From the NCBI GenBank assembly GCA_035530535.1, contig DATKUS010000156.1, positions 188 through 64,187 on the forward strand: DNA of 64,000 nt, given 5' to 3'. Below the pieces are notes generated by a model. The model saw only the letters and a program-made list of their open reading frames with translations, had not been told where the DNA came from and ran no database searches. Positions 38,799 through 48,194 of this stretch are shown piece after piece (positions within the stretch are counted from its first letter, which is position 1; each line of letters begins with the position of its first letter). This DNA comes from Bacteroidales bacterium. Lineage in GTDB: Bacteria > Bacteroidota > Bacteroidia > Bacteroidales > VadinHA17. The translations under genes were made by a program, and so were the position numbers.

Positions 38799-39362
38799 AT
38801 GGACTATATAACACTTATCGGCATTGCTCTTGGGCTCTCCTTTGACACCTTCGCGGTTTCTCTTTCATGCGGGGTTGTTCAGTCGAGGATCCGCTTCGGC
38901 GAGGCCATGCGCATTGCCTTTGTCCTTGCTCTTTTCCAGGGCGCCATGCCGGTCCTGGGGTATTATATAGGATCCACGGTAAGCAGTTATATTGGTCGTT
39001 TTGACCACTGGATCGCATTTGTCCTGCTTGCATTCCTTGGTGGCCGGATGATCATCGAAGGATTAAAAAAGGCCGCGGACAAACCAGAGCAGGACTTCAG
39101 AAAGATGGCCGTTCTTCTCATCATAGCAATAGGCACAAGCATAGATGCGCTTGCCATTGGCTTCAGTTTTGCCTTTCTTGAGGTACGGATATGGAGTGCA
39201 GGCCTTATCATCGGCGCTGTGACCTTCCTGGCCTCCATGACAGCAGTACGCATAGGCAAGTCAGCGGGCAGTCATCTGGGATCACGGGTTGAGATACTGG
39301 GGGGTATAATACTGGCAGCCATCGGGATCAAGATACTGATTGAACACCTGATGGCAGCCTGA
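38799..39362 (+). CDS. mntP: manganese efflux pump MntP
   Basis: 187 aa, six TM helices, duplicated S.D.FAV/SIDALA motifs. Confidence 0.85.
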   Translation: MDYITLIGIALGLSFDTFAVSLSCGVVQSRIRFGEAMRIAFVLALFQGAMPVLGYYIGSTVSSYIGRFDHWIAFVLLAFLGGRMIIEGLKKAADKPEQDFRKMAVLLIIAIGTSIDALAIGFSFAFLEVRIWSAGLIIGAVTFLASMTAVRIGKSAGSHLGSRVEILGGIILAAIGIKILIEHLMAA

Positions 39363-39399
39363 TGCGGTTATTTCCCCCGCCTATGTTCCTTTGGCGGAC

Positions 39400-41754
39400 T
39401 TATTCCACCCTGACGGTCCTGAGTCCGAACACCGGGCCGGCCATATTCTTAGGCTGGGCCTCAATCCGCAGGGTGACTTTTGATTTACCCTTTGTCATTT
39501 CTGCAGGGATCGGATATTCAACATAAATAAACTCACCGTCTTTTTTGTTTGAAAGATTTTCAGTTGCAATAACCTTTCCATTCACAAGGATGTCAAAGGT
39601 TTTCCTGCCCGGGTATCCACCCCAGTACTCCGCAACGATCTTATTGGCAGTTGCCGGGTCTGTCTTCATCTCCACGGAAAACCATCCAGCACGTGTTTCG
39701 CGGAAGGGTCTCTGTTTGAACCTCCCGGGGTTTGTCCTTTCACCCTTGAACTTATGTTCTCTTTCAGGCTGCATTTCGCCAGGCTGGAAAAAGTCAATGG
39801 TGATCTTTTCCAGGTTCACTTTGTACTCCTGTAATGCTATATATGCACTCTCTTTTTCTTTCCAGGCCTCTTCAGAGAACATATCCCAGAAGATTGTATA
39901 ACGGGAATTATATGTCCGGTAGAACGGCTTCAGCTCAACGTCACGAGGGCGGCCCACGCTGTCAAGTATGAATGTGTTTGTCGTGTTTTCCACCGGCACC
40001 ATCCAATTGGCAGGATTCCTGTCAGTGGTCATCAGTACCGGAACATACAGCGGGCTGAGCGTCGCATTGTCTCTTACCGGGCCCAGCTCGCCGGCCAGAA
40101 CAACAGGTCCGTAGAAGATCGCCACTCTTGATGAATCATCAGGCATTGATTCCAGGCGCAGGTTGAAGGGAATATTTACCTCAATCTTATCTCCCGTTTT
40201 CCACTTCCGGGTCAGGGGAATGAAGCTTCCGGGGGTCTGTCTTACGCGCTTTCTGCTTCCGTTGACGGCTACCTCAATTCCTGAGGATGCCCATGACGGG
40301 TACCTGATGTTTATTGTCAGTTCAACAGGTTCTGCGGCTGTTATCTCGAGCGTAGTCCCATGTTCTTCAGGATACTGCGTGTTCTGCGTGACGGTAAGAC
40401 CTTTGTCTTTCCAGGTCAGCTCAGAGGCAATGTACTGATATACATACAGCTCTTCGTCATTATGGAAATATATGGAACCGTTATATTTTGAGTGGTTTTC
40501 CATGCCTGTGCCAATGCAGCAGGTGAACCATTCCGGATCCTGAAAACTCTTGAACCCGCCCATGTCAAGAGAAAGGTTATAAACTACCTGTCCGTTTTCC
40601 GGATTCTGTGTAGAGAGAATATGGTTGAAAAGAGCTCTTTCATAGTAATCGGCTGCCTCAGGCGATGCAGTCCACTCAAACAGGTGGTTGGTGAGCTTAA
40701 GCATGTTATAGACATTGCATGACTCGGTGGTTCCGTCTCCAAGCCTGTCGCGTAGTTTGCCCTCTTCACCAAAATACTCATTATTACCATTACCACCCGT
40801 AACATAGGTATGATGTTTTACTACTGTCTCCCAGAAAAACATAGCCGTTTTCCTGTCAATGGTATCCCCCGTCATTTCATAGCGTCGTGCAAGACCAATC
40901 AGTTTTGGGATATTGGTGTTGCCGTGTTTTCCTGGCAGAATATCCTCTCCCCTTGAAAGTGGCTCAAGAACGAATTTATCCTGGAATGAATGAGTCATTT
41001 TCAGGTATTTTTCATTCCCTGTGTCGGCATAAAGATCTGTAAGCGTCTCAAGTATGCCGCCATGTTCACAGTGAAGCATATCCTCAATCTGTTCAGGAGT
41101 AAGATCATCAACAACTGTGTTTAGCCAGTCAGCAAATTTCTCTGAGATCTCAAGCGCTGTTTTATTTCCGCAGAGATGGTAGGCGTCACGCAATCCGGCC
41201 ATTACTTTGTGCTCGGTATAATAGGGAACCCAGATGCCGTTCAGGTCAAAACCCTGTGAGCGGATATTTCCCTTCGCAACCTCTTCCGTAAGAATTTTCT
41301 TTCCGTCGGGGAAGGCGCCTAAATATCCATCCGGATCCGCATCCTGACATTCTTTAAGTTCACTGACAATATAATTGACCCTGTCAAGAAATTCGGGGTT
41401 TCCGGTTGTCTGGTACATCATGGAAAGAGCACTCAGATAATGACCCAGGCTGTGCCCGGCAATAGTATTGTCTTCCCAGCCGCCATAATGCTCAGCCTTT
41501 GGTTTCAGACCTGCTTCGGAGCGGAATTTGGCGAGGAACCTGTCTGGCTCATATTTAAGAAGAACCTCGGAGTTCAGATCTGTAGCATGTTTGAATGGAC
41601 CCTCAAGCAGTTTGACGTCGGTAAGTTCAAATGGAACAACCCTGAACTCAACCACCTCCGGGCCTCCGGTCCGGATCATGGTCGGGGCCGTCGCTTTCTT
41701 GCAACCGGCAAGTGATAAAATAATCATCACAATCAATAGTACAGTTTTTTTCAT
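39400..41754 (-). CDS. glycoside hydrolase family 127 (beta-L-arabinofuranosidase-like, DUF1680) lipoprotein
   Basis: Lipobox LAGC; HSLGHYLSA, HGNT.IPK and C.EHGG-type motifs of GH127, plus a C-terminal beta-sandwich extension. Confidence 0.75.
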   Translation of the reverse strand: MKKTVLLIVMIILSLAGCKKATAPTMIRTGGPEVVEFRVVPFELTDVKLLEGPFKHATDLNSEVLLKYEPDRFLAKFRSEAGLKPKAEHYGGWEDNTIAGHSLGHYLSALSMMYQTTGNPEFLDRVNYIVSELKECQDADPDGYLGAFPDGKKILTEEVAKGNIRSQGFDLNGIWVPYYTEHKVMAGLRDAYHLCGNKTALEISEKFADWLNTVVDDLTPEQIEDMLHCEHGGILETLTDLYADTGNEKYLKMTHSFQDKFVLEPLSRGEDILPGKHGNTNIPKLIGLARRYEMTGDTIDRKTAMFFWETVVKHHTYVTGGNGNNEYFGEEGKLRDRLGDGTTESCNVYNMLKLTNHLFEWTASPEAADYYERALFNHILSTQNPENGQVVYNLSLDMGGFKSFQDPEWFTCCIGTGMENHSKYNGSIYFHNDEELYVYQYIASELTWKDKGLTVTQNTQYPEEHGTTLEITAAEPVELTINIRYPSWASSGIEVAVNGSRKRVRQTPGSFIPLTRKWKTGDKIEVNIPFNLRLESMPDDSSRVAIFYGPVVLAGELGPVRDNATLSPLYVPVLMTTDRNPANWMVPVENTTNTFILDSVGRPRDVELKPFYRTYNSRYTIFWDMFSEEAWKEKESAYIALQEYKVNLEKITIDFFQPGEMQPEREHKFKGERTNPGRFKQRPFRETRAGWFSVEMKTDPATANKIVAEYWGGYPGRKTFDILVNGKVIATENLSNKKDGEFIYVEYPIPAEMTKGKSKVTLRIEAQPKNMAGPVFGLRTVRVE

Positions 41755-41808
41755 GGTGGTGGAAGAATTTAATTATAAAGTGTAAAAATTACACGTAATC
41801 ATATTTTT

Positions 41809-41816
41809 CAAATATA
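41809..41816 (-). promoter_or_regulatory. Bacteroidota -7 promoter element TATATTTG (minus strand)
   Basis: Exact match to TAnnTTTG, 54 nt upstream of the GH127 ATG at 41754. Confidence 0.3.
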
Positions 41817-41849
41817 CGTTTTTGAATGAATTAAATGACTTAAAAAGTG

Positions 41850-42635
41850 TTAAAAGGGAATCATAAAGCGTTCACGGTTTTTAAAAACAGCCATTTCAGA
41901 AAAACCGGAGCGTTTTAGAAGCTCATAAGCCTCATCAAAAAACTGACCTACGCGTGACGGAAAATGAGCATCAGAATTGACACAAACAGGTAAACCGTGT
42001 TCCGAAAAAAGCGGCAATTGTTTCTTGTCGGGATAAAAGTCGTTAAGAGGTTTATTTCTCCCGTTGGTGTTAAGCTCAAATGCGACATCATGAGCTTTAA
42101 ATTTCGAAGCCATCATTCTGTAAAGGTGGGAGATGTCCTTTTCCGGGGAGAATCTGTGGATCCTTACCAGGTCAGGATGCCCGATAATATCATAGAATCC
42201 TGTTGCTGCAGCCTCACATACCAGGTTGAAATAACTCTCATAAATTTGATTTATATCCTTACCAGAATAGAATTCAGGCCCCAGATCAACAGTTTCTTCT
42301 CCGAGATAATGAACAGAACCGATTATATAATCGAAAGGAAATGAAGTAACGATCTTTTCAATCTCTTTTTCTCTTTTTGGAATATAATCGAGCTCAAGAC
42401 CAAGTCTTACAGCAATCTCCGGAAATTGTCTCCTGAGGCGGGAAATATGATCAACGTATTCGGGAAGAATTGCGGGGTCCATTACCCATTTTTGTTTTTT
42501 GGACACCAATGCAATATGTTCAGAGAATCCTATTTCCTTTAATCCCTCTTTAATTGCCGCAACTACATAGGCCTCAGGAGTATCTCTTCCATCGCTGTAG
42601 GTAGTATGGATGTGATAATCGGTCCTGTAAATCAT
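41850..42635 (-). CDS. PHP-domain histidinol-phosphatase family protein (HisJ-like)
   Basis: DYHIHT..SDG, SEH, GSVH, GHPD and DAH metal-binding motifs. Confidence 0.8.
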   Translation of the reverse strand: MIYRTDYHIHTTYSDGRDTPEAYVVAAIKEGLKEIGFSEHIALVSKKQKWVMDPAILPEYVDHISRLRRQFPEIAVRLGLELDYIPKREKEIEKIVTSFPFDYIIGSVHYLGEETVDLGPEFYSGKDINQIYESYFNLVCEAAATGFYDIIGHPDLVRIHRFSPEKDISHLYRMMASKFKAHDVAFELNTNGRNKPLNDFYPDKKQLPLFSEHGLPVCVNSDAHFPSRVGQFFDEAYELLKRSGFSEMAVFKNRERFMIPF

Positions 42636-42724
42636 ATTATTCCTTTGTTGGGCTTTTCAAAAATAGGAAAGGTGAACGATTTAATTGACTAATTGTTCTA
42701 ATTTTACAATTCTTAAGACCGTAA

Positions 42725-43420
42725 ATGATAAAAGTCGAAAAAAAGTGTTCCTGCCTTACATGTGACTTCCGCAGCCTCGTTTTTTCTAATCTGAGCGAGG
42801 AGGATGTTGACATAGTATGCAATGCCAGGGAAGAGATAGCTTATGCAAAGGGGGAGATTATAAATTATGAGGGAGACAAGATAGTTGATTTCAAGTACCT
42901 GAAAAACGGACTGGTAAAGCTGTTCAGGCGATCGCCTAATGGAAATGAGCAGATCATTGCCATTACCAGGCCTTATGAGTTTGTAAGCAATACGAATGTT
43001 TTCTCTGAAGGCTGTTACAGATATTCGCTTTCTGCCCTGGAAGACTCTGTTGCCTGTTGCATAAATATTGATCTCATAAAATCACTGATTATAAAAAACG
43101 GAAAATTCGGGCTTAGTCTTATTACCACCCTTTCAAGGACATCTGAAAATATTATTTCCCAGGGACTGGAAATAAGAAACAGGAATCTTGCCGGGAGGAT
43201 TGCCTATGTTCTTCTCTATTTATCAAATGACATTTACCATTCAAGGATCTTTGACCTTCCGGTATCGCGCAAGGAGATAGCAGACTTCATAAGCATGAGC
43301 ACAGCTAATGTGATTCGGACTTTCTCGGAGTTCAAGCGTGATGGTATAATTAAATCATACGGACGCACTATTGAAATTGAAGACATTAATAAGCTGGAAG
43401 TGATCTCGCAAAGAGGTTAG
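42725..43420 (+). CDS. Crp/Fnr family transcriptional regulator (N-terminal CxCxxC)
   Basis: cNMP-like domain plus C-terminal HTH (RKEIADFISMSTANVIRTFSEF). The N-terminus carries KKCSCLTC. Confidence 0.8.
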   Translation: MIKVEKKCSCLTCDFRSLVFSNLSEEDVDIVCNAREEIAYAKGEIINYEGDKIVDFKYLKNGLVKLFRRSPNGNEQIIAITRPYEFVSNTNVFSEGCYRYSLSALEDSVACCINIDLIKSLIIKNGKFGLSLITTLSRTSENIISQGLEIRNRNLAGRIAYVLLYLSNDIYHSRIFDLPVSRKEIADFISMSTANVIRTFSEFKRDGIIKSYGRTIEIEDINKLEVISQRG

Positions 43421-43449
43421 CTTTTCTTTTCAGGCAATCAGAAACCATT

Positions 43450-45753
43450 ATGAGAAGAGCCCTCTCCCTGCTGTTGAGTATTTTCCCGGGCTTCACCCTT
43501 TTGTCTGGTGCTCCGCTGAGATTTGAACCGGTAGCAAAACAGCTTCCTGACGGCAGCATTCTTAATCTTTTTCTTTCCGGGGACGAGTTTTTCAATTATC
43601 TGCATGACGCTTCAGGTTTTCCTGTAGGCCAGGGTGATGACAGATATTACTACTATCTCAACCAGTCATCCGACAGGTTTGATCTCACCTCCTGGAAGGC
43701 AGGAGAGGCAGACCCCTTTGTGCACCCTGAGTTAAAACCGGTAAAAACACCTTTCCGGATTAAGGAAAAAGGGGCGTCATATGAACTCCAGATGGAAACA
43801 TACGGACGAAAATACGCCAGCTCTCCAGCAATAAAATCAACCGGAAATTTTAATAATCTTGTCATATACATCCGGTTTAAGGATGAAGGGGACTTTACTG
43901 TGCGCAGACAGGTCTATGAAACAAAATTCAACAGCCTGGCAGAAAATTCTATGCGTAGTTATTTCCGTGAGGTGTCATATGATAAACTTGATATCGTGAC
44001 CTATCACTTTCCCGGGAGTGCCACGGACGAGATTTACTATACTGATGACCTGCCACGAAAATATTACCAGCCCTATAGTGTGGCAGCGAATCCGGATGGC
44101 TACCGCAATGATGATGAGCGTACAGCCAGGGAACACTCCCTGATTGAGAAAGATGTTATCTGGGCAACAGATACTTACAGCCTTCCGGCGGATGTCAGTT
44201 TTGACATGGATCAGAACGGCAAAATGGACAATATCTCCTTTATTATCAAGGGATCGCCGGATGGATGGAGCGATCTTTTATGGCCGCACCGCTGGATCCT
44301 ATTTTCAAAAGAGGTCAAAATTGGCAAGCTGGCTGTATCCGACTACACGATCCAGCTTGAAAACGTAAGTGTAAACACCCTGTCGCATGAGATATTCCAT
44401 TCCCTTGGTGCCCCTGATCTATATCACTATGACAATGAAGATGTGCCGGTGGGCCCATGGGATATAATGGCCAATGGCAAAGGGCATCCCGGAGCCTGGA
44501 TGAAATTCAGGTACGGAGGATGGCTCGACAGTATTCCGGAAATCACTCAATCGGGAATATATTCCCTTAAGTCTCTCACAAATCCCGTTGAAAACGCTTA
44601 CAAAATCAGATCACCATTCGGAACAGACCAGTTCTTTATTGTCGAGTACAGGGCAAAATCAGGTCTTTATGAGTCCACCCTCCCCTCTTCAGGCATGATA
44701 ATCCAGCGGATTGACACAAGATACCGGGGTAATGCCAAAGGAGCCCCTGATGAGGTTTATATCTTCAGAAAAGATGGAACACCAACCTTTAACGGTACAA
44801 TAAATTTGGCTCCATTTTCCGGTCTTAATGGTGCCGACTCATTCAATGACCAGACAAATCCTTTTTCCTTTCTTCAGGACGGGACCAAAGCCGGGATCCG
44901 GATAACAGATATTGTTGCAAGAGGAGACAGCCTGCTCTTTCGGGTAGATCTTGACAACCCTGCCGGCCTTGAATTGTCGCCGGTGGAAGACAATGAGAAT
45001 AGTATATATTCCCTGCCCGCTTTAGGTGAGAAAAGATCAGGAATATATATAGTACCAGGGCTTCCCTATGTTCAGGACTTCGATGACCTGATGAATGAAC
45101 TTCCGAGAGGGTGGAGTTCCAGCCTGGGCAAAGAGGGATGGAGTCTTAATGCTCCCTTAAATGATGCCGGTGACTACGAGGTGATTGCTGAGTATGCTCT
45201 CTCAGGAAACTGGCTGTATACACCAGGATTTTACCTTTCCAAAGGTAAAAAATACCTTGTTACATTCAGCTTCAGGAACCGGGAGTACGGGGTAAAGGAA
45301 TCTCTTGACCTGAAGGGAGGCACGGACCGCCATAAAGGCGGACTGAACAGTTACAGTCTCTTTGCAGATAAGAATTTTAACTACTCAGGCCTTGTGATAA
45401 ATAAGGCTGTCATTCAGCCGACGGCAAGCGGTCCGTGTTACTTCGGGTTTAAAACCGGATTCAACGGAAGGGGGGTAATATTAGATAATTTCATGGTCGA
45501 AAGAGTACCGGCCGCAACCACTAATCATTCAACACCAGGAGAGTTTTATCCGAATCCTACTACCGGGCTGATAACTGTCCCTGCAAAAGGCAGAACCGTG
45601 GTATCTGTCTTCAGAGGCAATGGTACACCTGTTTTTGAGACGGAGATTGAGGGAATGAAAGTGCTGGACCTGTCCCGCCTTGGCCGGGGAGTTTTCATCA
45701 TCAGCTTCAATACTGACTCCGGGGTAACATCACATCCGCTAATAATTCAATAA
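43450..45753 (+). CDS. M6-like (immune inhibitor A family) zinc metalloprotease with T9SS C-terminal sorting domain
   Basis: Signal peptide, HExxH (HEIFHSLG, 44386-44400), and a C-terminal 70 aa (45541-45750: EFYPNPTTGLITV...) with the pattern of a Por/T9SS CTD. Confidence 0.75.
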   Translation: MRRALSLLLSIFPGFTLLSGAPLRFEPVAKQLPDGSILNLFLSGDEFFNYLHDASGFPVGQGDDRYYYYLNQSSDRFDLTSWKAGEADPFVHPELKPVKTPFRIKEKGASYELQMETYGRKYASSPAIKSTGNFNNLVIYIRFKDEGDFTVRRQVYETKFNSLAENSMRSYFREVSYDKLDIVTYHFPGSATDEIYYTDDLPRKYYQPYSVAANPDGYRNDDERTAREHSLIEKDVIWATDTYSLPADVSFDMDQNGKMDNISFIIKGSPDGWSDLLWPHRWILFSKEVKIGKLAVSDYTIQLENVSVNTLSHEIFHSLGAPDLYHYDNEDVPVGPWDIMANGKGHPGAWMKFRYGGWLDSIPEITQSGIYSLKSLTNPVENAYKIRSPFGTDQFFIVEYRAKSGLYESTLPSSGMIIQRIDTRYRGNAKGAPDEVYIFRKDGTPTFNGTINLAPFSGLNGADSFNDQTNPFSFLQDGTKAGIRITDIVARGDSLLFRVDLDNPAGLELSPVEDNENSIYSLPALGEKRSGIYIVPGLPYVQDFDDLMNELPRGWSSSLGKEGWSLNAPLNDAGDYEVIAEYALSGNWLYTPGFYLSKGKKYLVTFSFRNREYGVKESLDLKGGTDRHKGGLNSYSLFADKNFNYSGLVINKAVIQPTASGPCYFGFKTGFNGRGVILDNFMVERVPAATTNHSTPGEFYPNPTTGLITVPAKGRTVVSVFRGNGTPVFETEIEGMKVLDLSRLGRGVFIISFNTDSGVTSHPLIIQ

Positions 45754-45763
45754 ATAATTGAAT

Positions 45764-47683
45764 ATGAAACAATTACTATCAGGTCTTTTTATTTTTGGAC
45801 TGGCATTCTCCACCTGTATTCCTGTCCCGGGACAGAACCCGGGTACAGCTGTTTCTGAAAATAACAGGGACACAATCCACTACATTGTAGGTGGATACAG
45901 GCACGGTATCAGCTTTTTTCCCATGGTAAAGTTGTCCTCAGTTGAATATGTTGCAGGAGAGGACCTCTCCTTTGACAGATTCCATTCAAACGATGTCATT
46001 AATCACTGGATGAAAAAGTGGGCAGAACAGTATCCGGCGCTTGTGACGCTTTATGAGGTCGGTAGAAGTTACGAGGGGAGACCCATAATGCAGCTGACCA
46101 TAACTAACAAAAAAACAGGGTCTGACCTTATCAAACCGGCAGCTTTCTTCGAGGGGAACCGTCACAGCGGAGAAGTCACCAGCGCCGAATCTGTCCTTTG
46201 GCTTATTCAGCACCTGCTGGCAAACTATGGATCTGACCCTGAAATTACAGGCATGATCGACCGGTATGCCATTTACCTTAAGCCTGTAAACAATCCTGAC
46301 GGGAACAATCTTTATATGAATACCGCCCAGAGCAACAGGAGTACGGTCAGGCCTGACGACAGCGACAATGACGGGCTGCTTGACGAGGACCCTCCTGAAG
46401 ACCTTGATGGCGACGGTGTTATTCTGACACTCAGGTGGAAGGATGAAAAGAACGGCACGTTTATTCCTGATCCGGCTGACACCACAGGCAGGATAATGAA
46501 ACGGGTTCCGCGAGGGGAAGGCATATATTCAACCTCCTCAGAGGGTATTGACAATGACGGGGACGGCCGCATCAATGAAGATGGAATCGGCGGGCTGGAC
46601 CTTCACAGGAACTATCCTGAGAACTGGAGGCCGGAGACTGAATTGACAGAGCGCGGTTTCACCCAGAATGGCGCAGGCGAATATCCACTTAGCGAGACCG
46701 AGACCAGGACCGTCTTCTCTTTTCTGATGACCCATCCCAACATATACATTGTAAACTCAATGGACACAAGGGTTCCCATGCATCTGAGGCCGCCTTCCAC
46801 TTCGCCCTCTGAAGAGCGAATGTATCCTGAGGACCTCAAATGGTACATCCTTTTTGACAAGTTGGGCAAAAGCATAACCGGATACGAAAAAGCCGGTGAT
46901 GTGTACAACGACTATGGCAACGGAGAGCCGATCTTTGGTCATGGTCCTGATTTCGGGTACTGGTATTACGGAGCCATCTGGTACGGCGATGAGCTGTGGA
47001 ACGGAGCCCGGAACAAAGATTATGACGGTGACGGCGATATTGACCAGGTGGACATCCTTGCCTGGGACGATCTTGAAAATGATGGAATCGGATTCACTGA
47101 GTGGAAACCCATAAAGCACCCGGAACACCCTGATGCTGAAGTCGGAGGTTTTGACCCAAAGTTTTTCAGTCAGAATGCCCCTGCAAAACATCTGGAAGAA
47201 TGGGCCTCAAAAGAAGCTCGCTTCAATCTTGCAATGATGAAATACCTGCCGATGGTTGAGTGGGAGTCAATAGATATAAAAAAGGGCAAGAATTTAAAGA
47301 GTGATTCCACTGATTTTGAGATAATTGTAAAATTCAGGAACACTGGCAAATTGCCAACTGCCTTGCGCCAGGCACACCTGGTCAAGATTGTCAGGGAAGA
47401 CGAGGTCAGGCTTGAGTTTGATACTAAAGAGGGAGAGAAGCCGGCATACAGGATGCTGGATATCAAGCCTTCAGGGAGAAATGGCGGCGGAATGATGATG
47501 TATGACGAAGAGCGAACAGCCGGAAGACCTGTATCGAAAAGTGTAGGATACACTGATGGCGGAGCTGTGAATGAAGCTGTATTCAGAATCAGGGTCTTAA
47601 ATAATGCTGTGATCAGGGGTACCGCCTCAATACTGACGACCCGGGCGGGGATACTTAAAGACAGGGAATTTATCATCAGATAA
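45764..47683 (+). CDS. M14 family zinc carboxypeptidase with Asp-rich Ca-binding-like inserts
   Basis: Signal peptide, HxxE zinc motif (NRHSGEVTSAE), and DxDxDG-type runs (DSDNDGLLDED, DLDGDG, DNDGDGRINEDG, DYDGDGDID). Confidence 0.75.
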   Translation: MKQLLSGLFIFGLAFSTCIPVPGQNPGTAVSENNRDTIHYIVGGYRHGISFFPMVKLSSVEYVAGEDLSFDRFHSNDVINHWMKKWAEQYPALVTLYEVGRSYEGRPIMQLTITNKKTGSDLIKPAAFFEGNRHSGEVTSAESVLWLIQHLLANYGSDPEITGMIDRYAIYLKPVNNPDGNNLYMNTAQSNRSTVRPDDSDNDGLLDEDPPEDLDGDGVILTLRWKDEKNGTFIPDPADTTGRIMKRVPRGEGIYSTSSEGIDNDGDGRINEDGIGGLDLHRNYPENWRPETELTERGFTQNGAGEYPLSETETRTVFSFLMTHPNIYIVNSMDTRVPMHLRPPSTSPSEERMYPEDLKWYILFDKLGKSITGYEKAGDVYNDYGNGEPIFGHGPDFGYWYYGAIWYGDELWNGARNKDYDGDGDIDQVDILAWDDLENDGIGFTEWKPIKHPEHPDAEVGGFDPKFFSQNAPAKHLEEWASKEARFNLAMMKYLPMVEWESIDIKKGKNLKSDSTDFEIIVKFRNTGKLPTALRQAHLVKIVREDEVRLEFDTKEGEKPAYRMLDIKPSGRNGGGMMMYDEERTAGRPVSKSVGYTDGGAVNEAVFRIRVLNNAVIRGTASILTTRAGILKDREFIIR

Positions 47684-47689
47684 AAATGT

Positions 47690-47862
47690 TCAGCAGGCCC
47701 GCAGCGCGGAGGCAACATCGGGATACCTGAAGCTGAACCCTGTCTGTACAAGGTGTTTCTGCTGCGCGTGAGATGCACCACGTCATAGTTTTCCTCTTCC
47801 AGCAACCTGCTCAGATGCCGTCCTACAAGTCCTCCTGCTCCTGTAATAACCACACGCTGCAT
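47690..47862 (-). pseudogene. remnant of a YfcH/TIGR01777-type NAD-dependent epimerase gene (internal deletion plus frameshift)
   Basis: The N-terminal frame gives the Rossmann motif MQRVVITGAGGLVGRHLSRLLEEENYDVVHLTRS. A different frame gives ..AQQKHLVQTGFSFRYPDVASALRAC* (stop at 47690-47692), which matches the YfcH C-terminus (..GF.FRY.DL..AL). The span is 173 nt, versus about 900 nt for an intact gene. Confidence 0.7.
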
Positions 47863-47865
47863 GGT

Positions 47866-48077
47866 TCAGATTATATTTTCAATGATCTCCACAGCATCAC
47901 GGATACATTTTTCACATACACCTTTATTCAGGTCTGCTGCATCCTGCCCATACCGCCTCCGAAAGCCGAAGCAGCCCTTACAGCACCATTTTCTTCGATG
48001 TTAAAGACGAGAGCCACAGCCTGGGCACAGTTATATCCGTTCCTGAAACAGGTGATAGCCTTATCTTTTATTTCCAT
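47866..48077 (-). pseudogene. remnant of a C_GCAxxG_C_C family gene (internal deletion plus frameshift)
   Basis: The N-terminal frame MEIKDKAITCFRNGYNCAQAV...FGGGMGRMQQT stops exactly where the family-defining CGAxxG motif should follow. A second frame encodes LNKGVCEKCIRDAVEIIENII* (stop at 47866-47868), matching the family C-terminus. The span is 212 nt, versus about 430 nt expected. Confidence 0.65.
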
Positions 48078-48194
48078 TCGCTTTTTCTTCAAAATTATTA
48101 AAAAATTAAAGGGCAGGGTCATAACCTTTTTGATATGATTTTGAAATGATCTACTTTTATTGTCTGCATTAATTATTCAAAACAGAGACAGAAA

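Noticed and set aside
47170-47862. 230-aa minus-strand ORF overlapping the 3' end of the M14 carboxypeptidase gene
   Set aside because: Only the first ~34 codons (the Rossmann motif) look genuine. The rest is antisense read-through of the M14 gene, created when the epimerase remnant's frameshift removed its stop. It is annotated instead as a 173-nt pseudogene (47690-47862).
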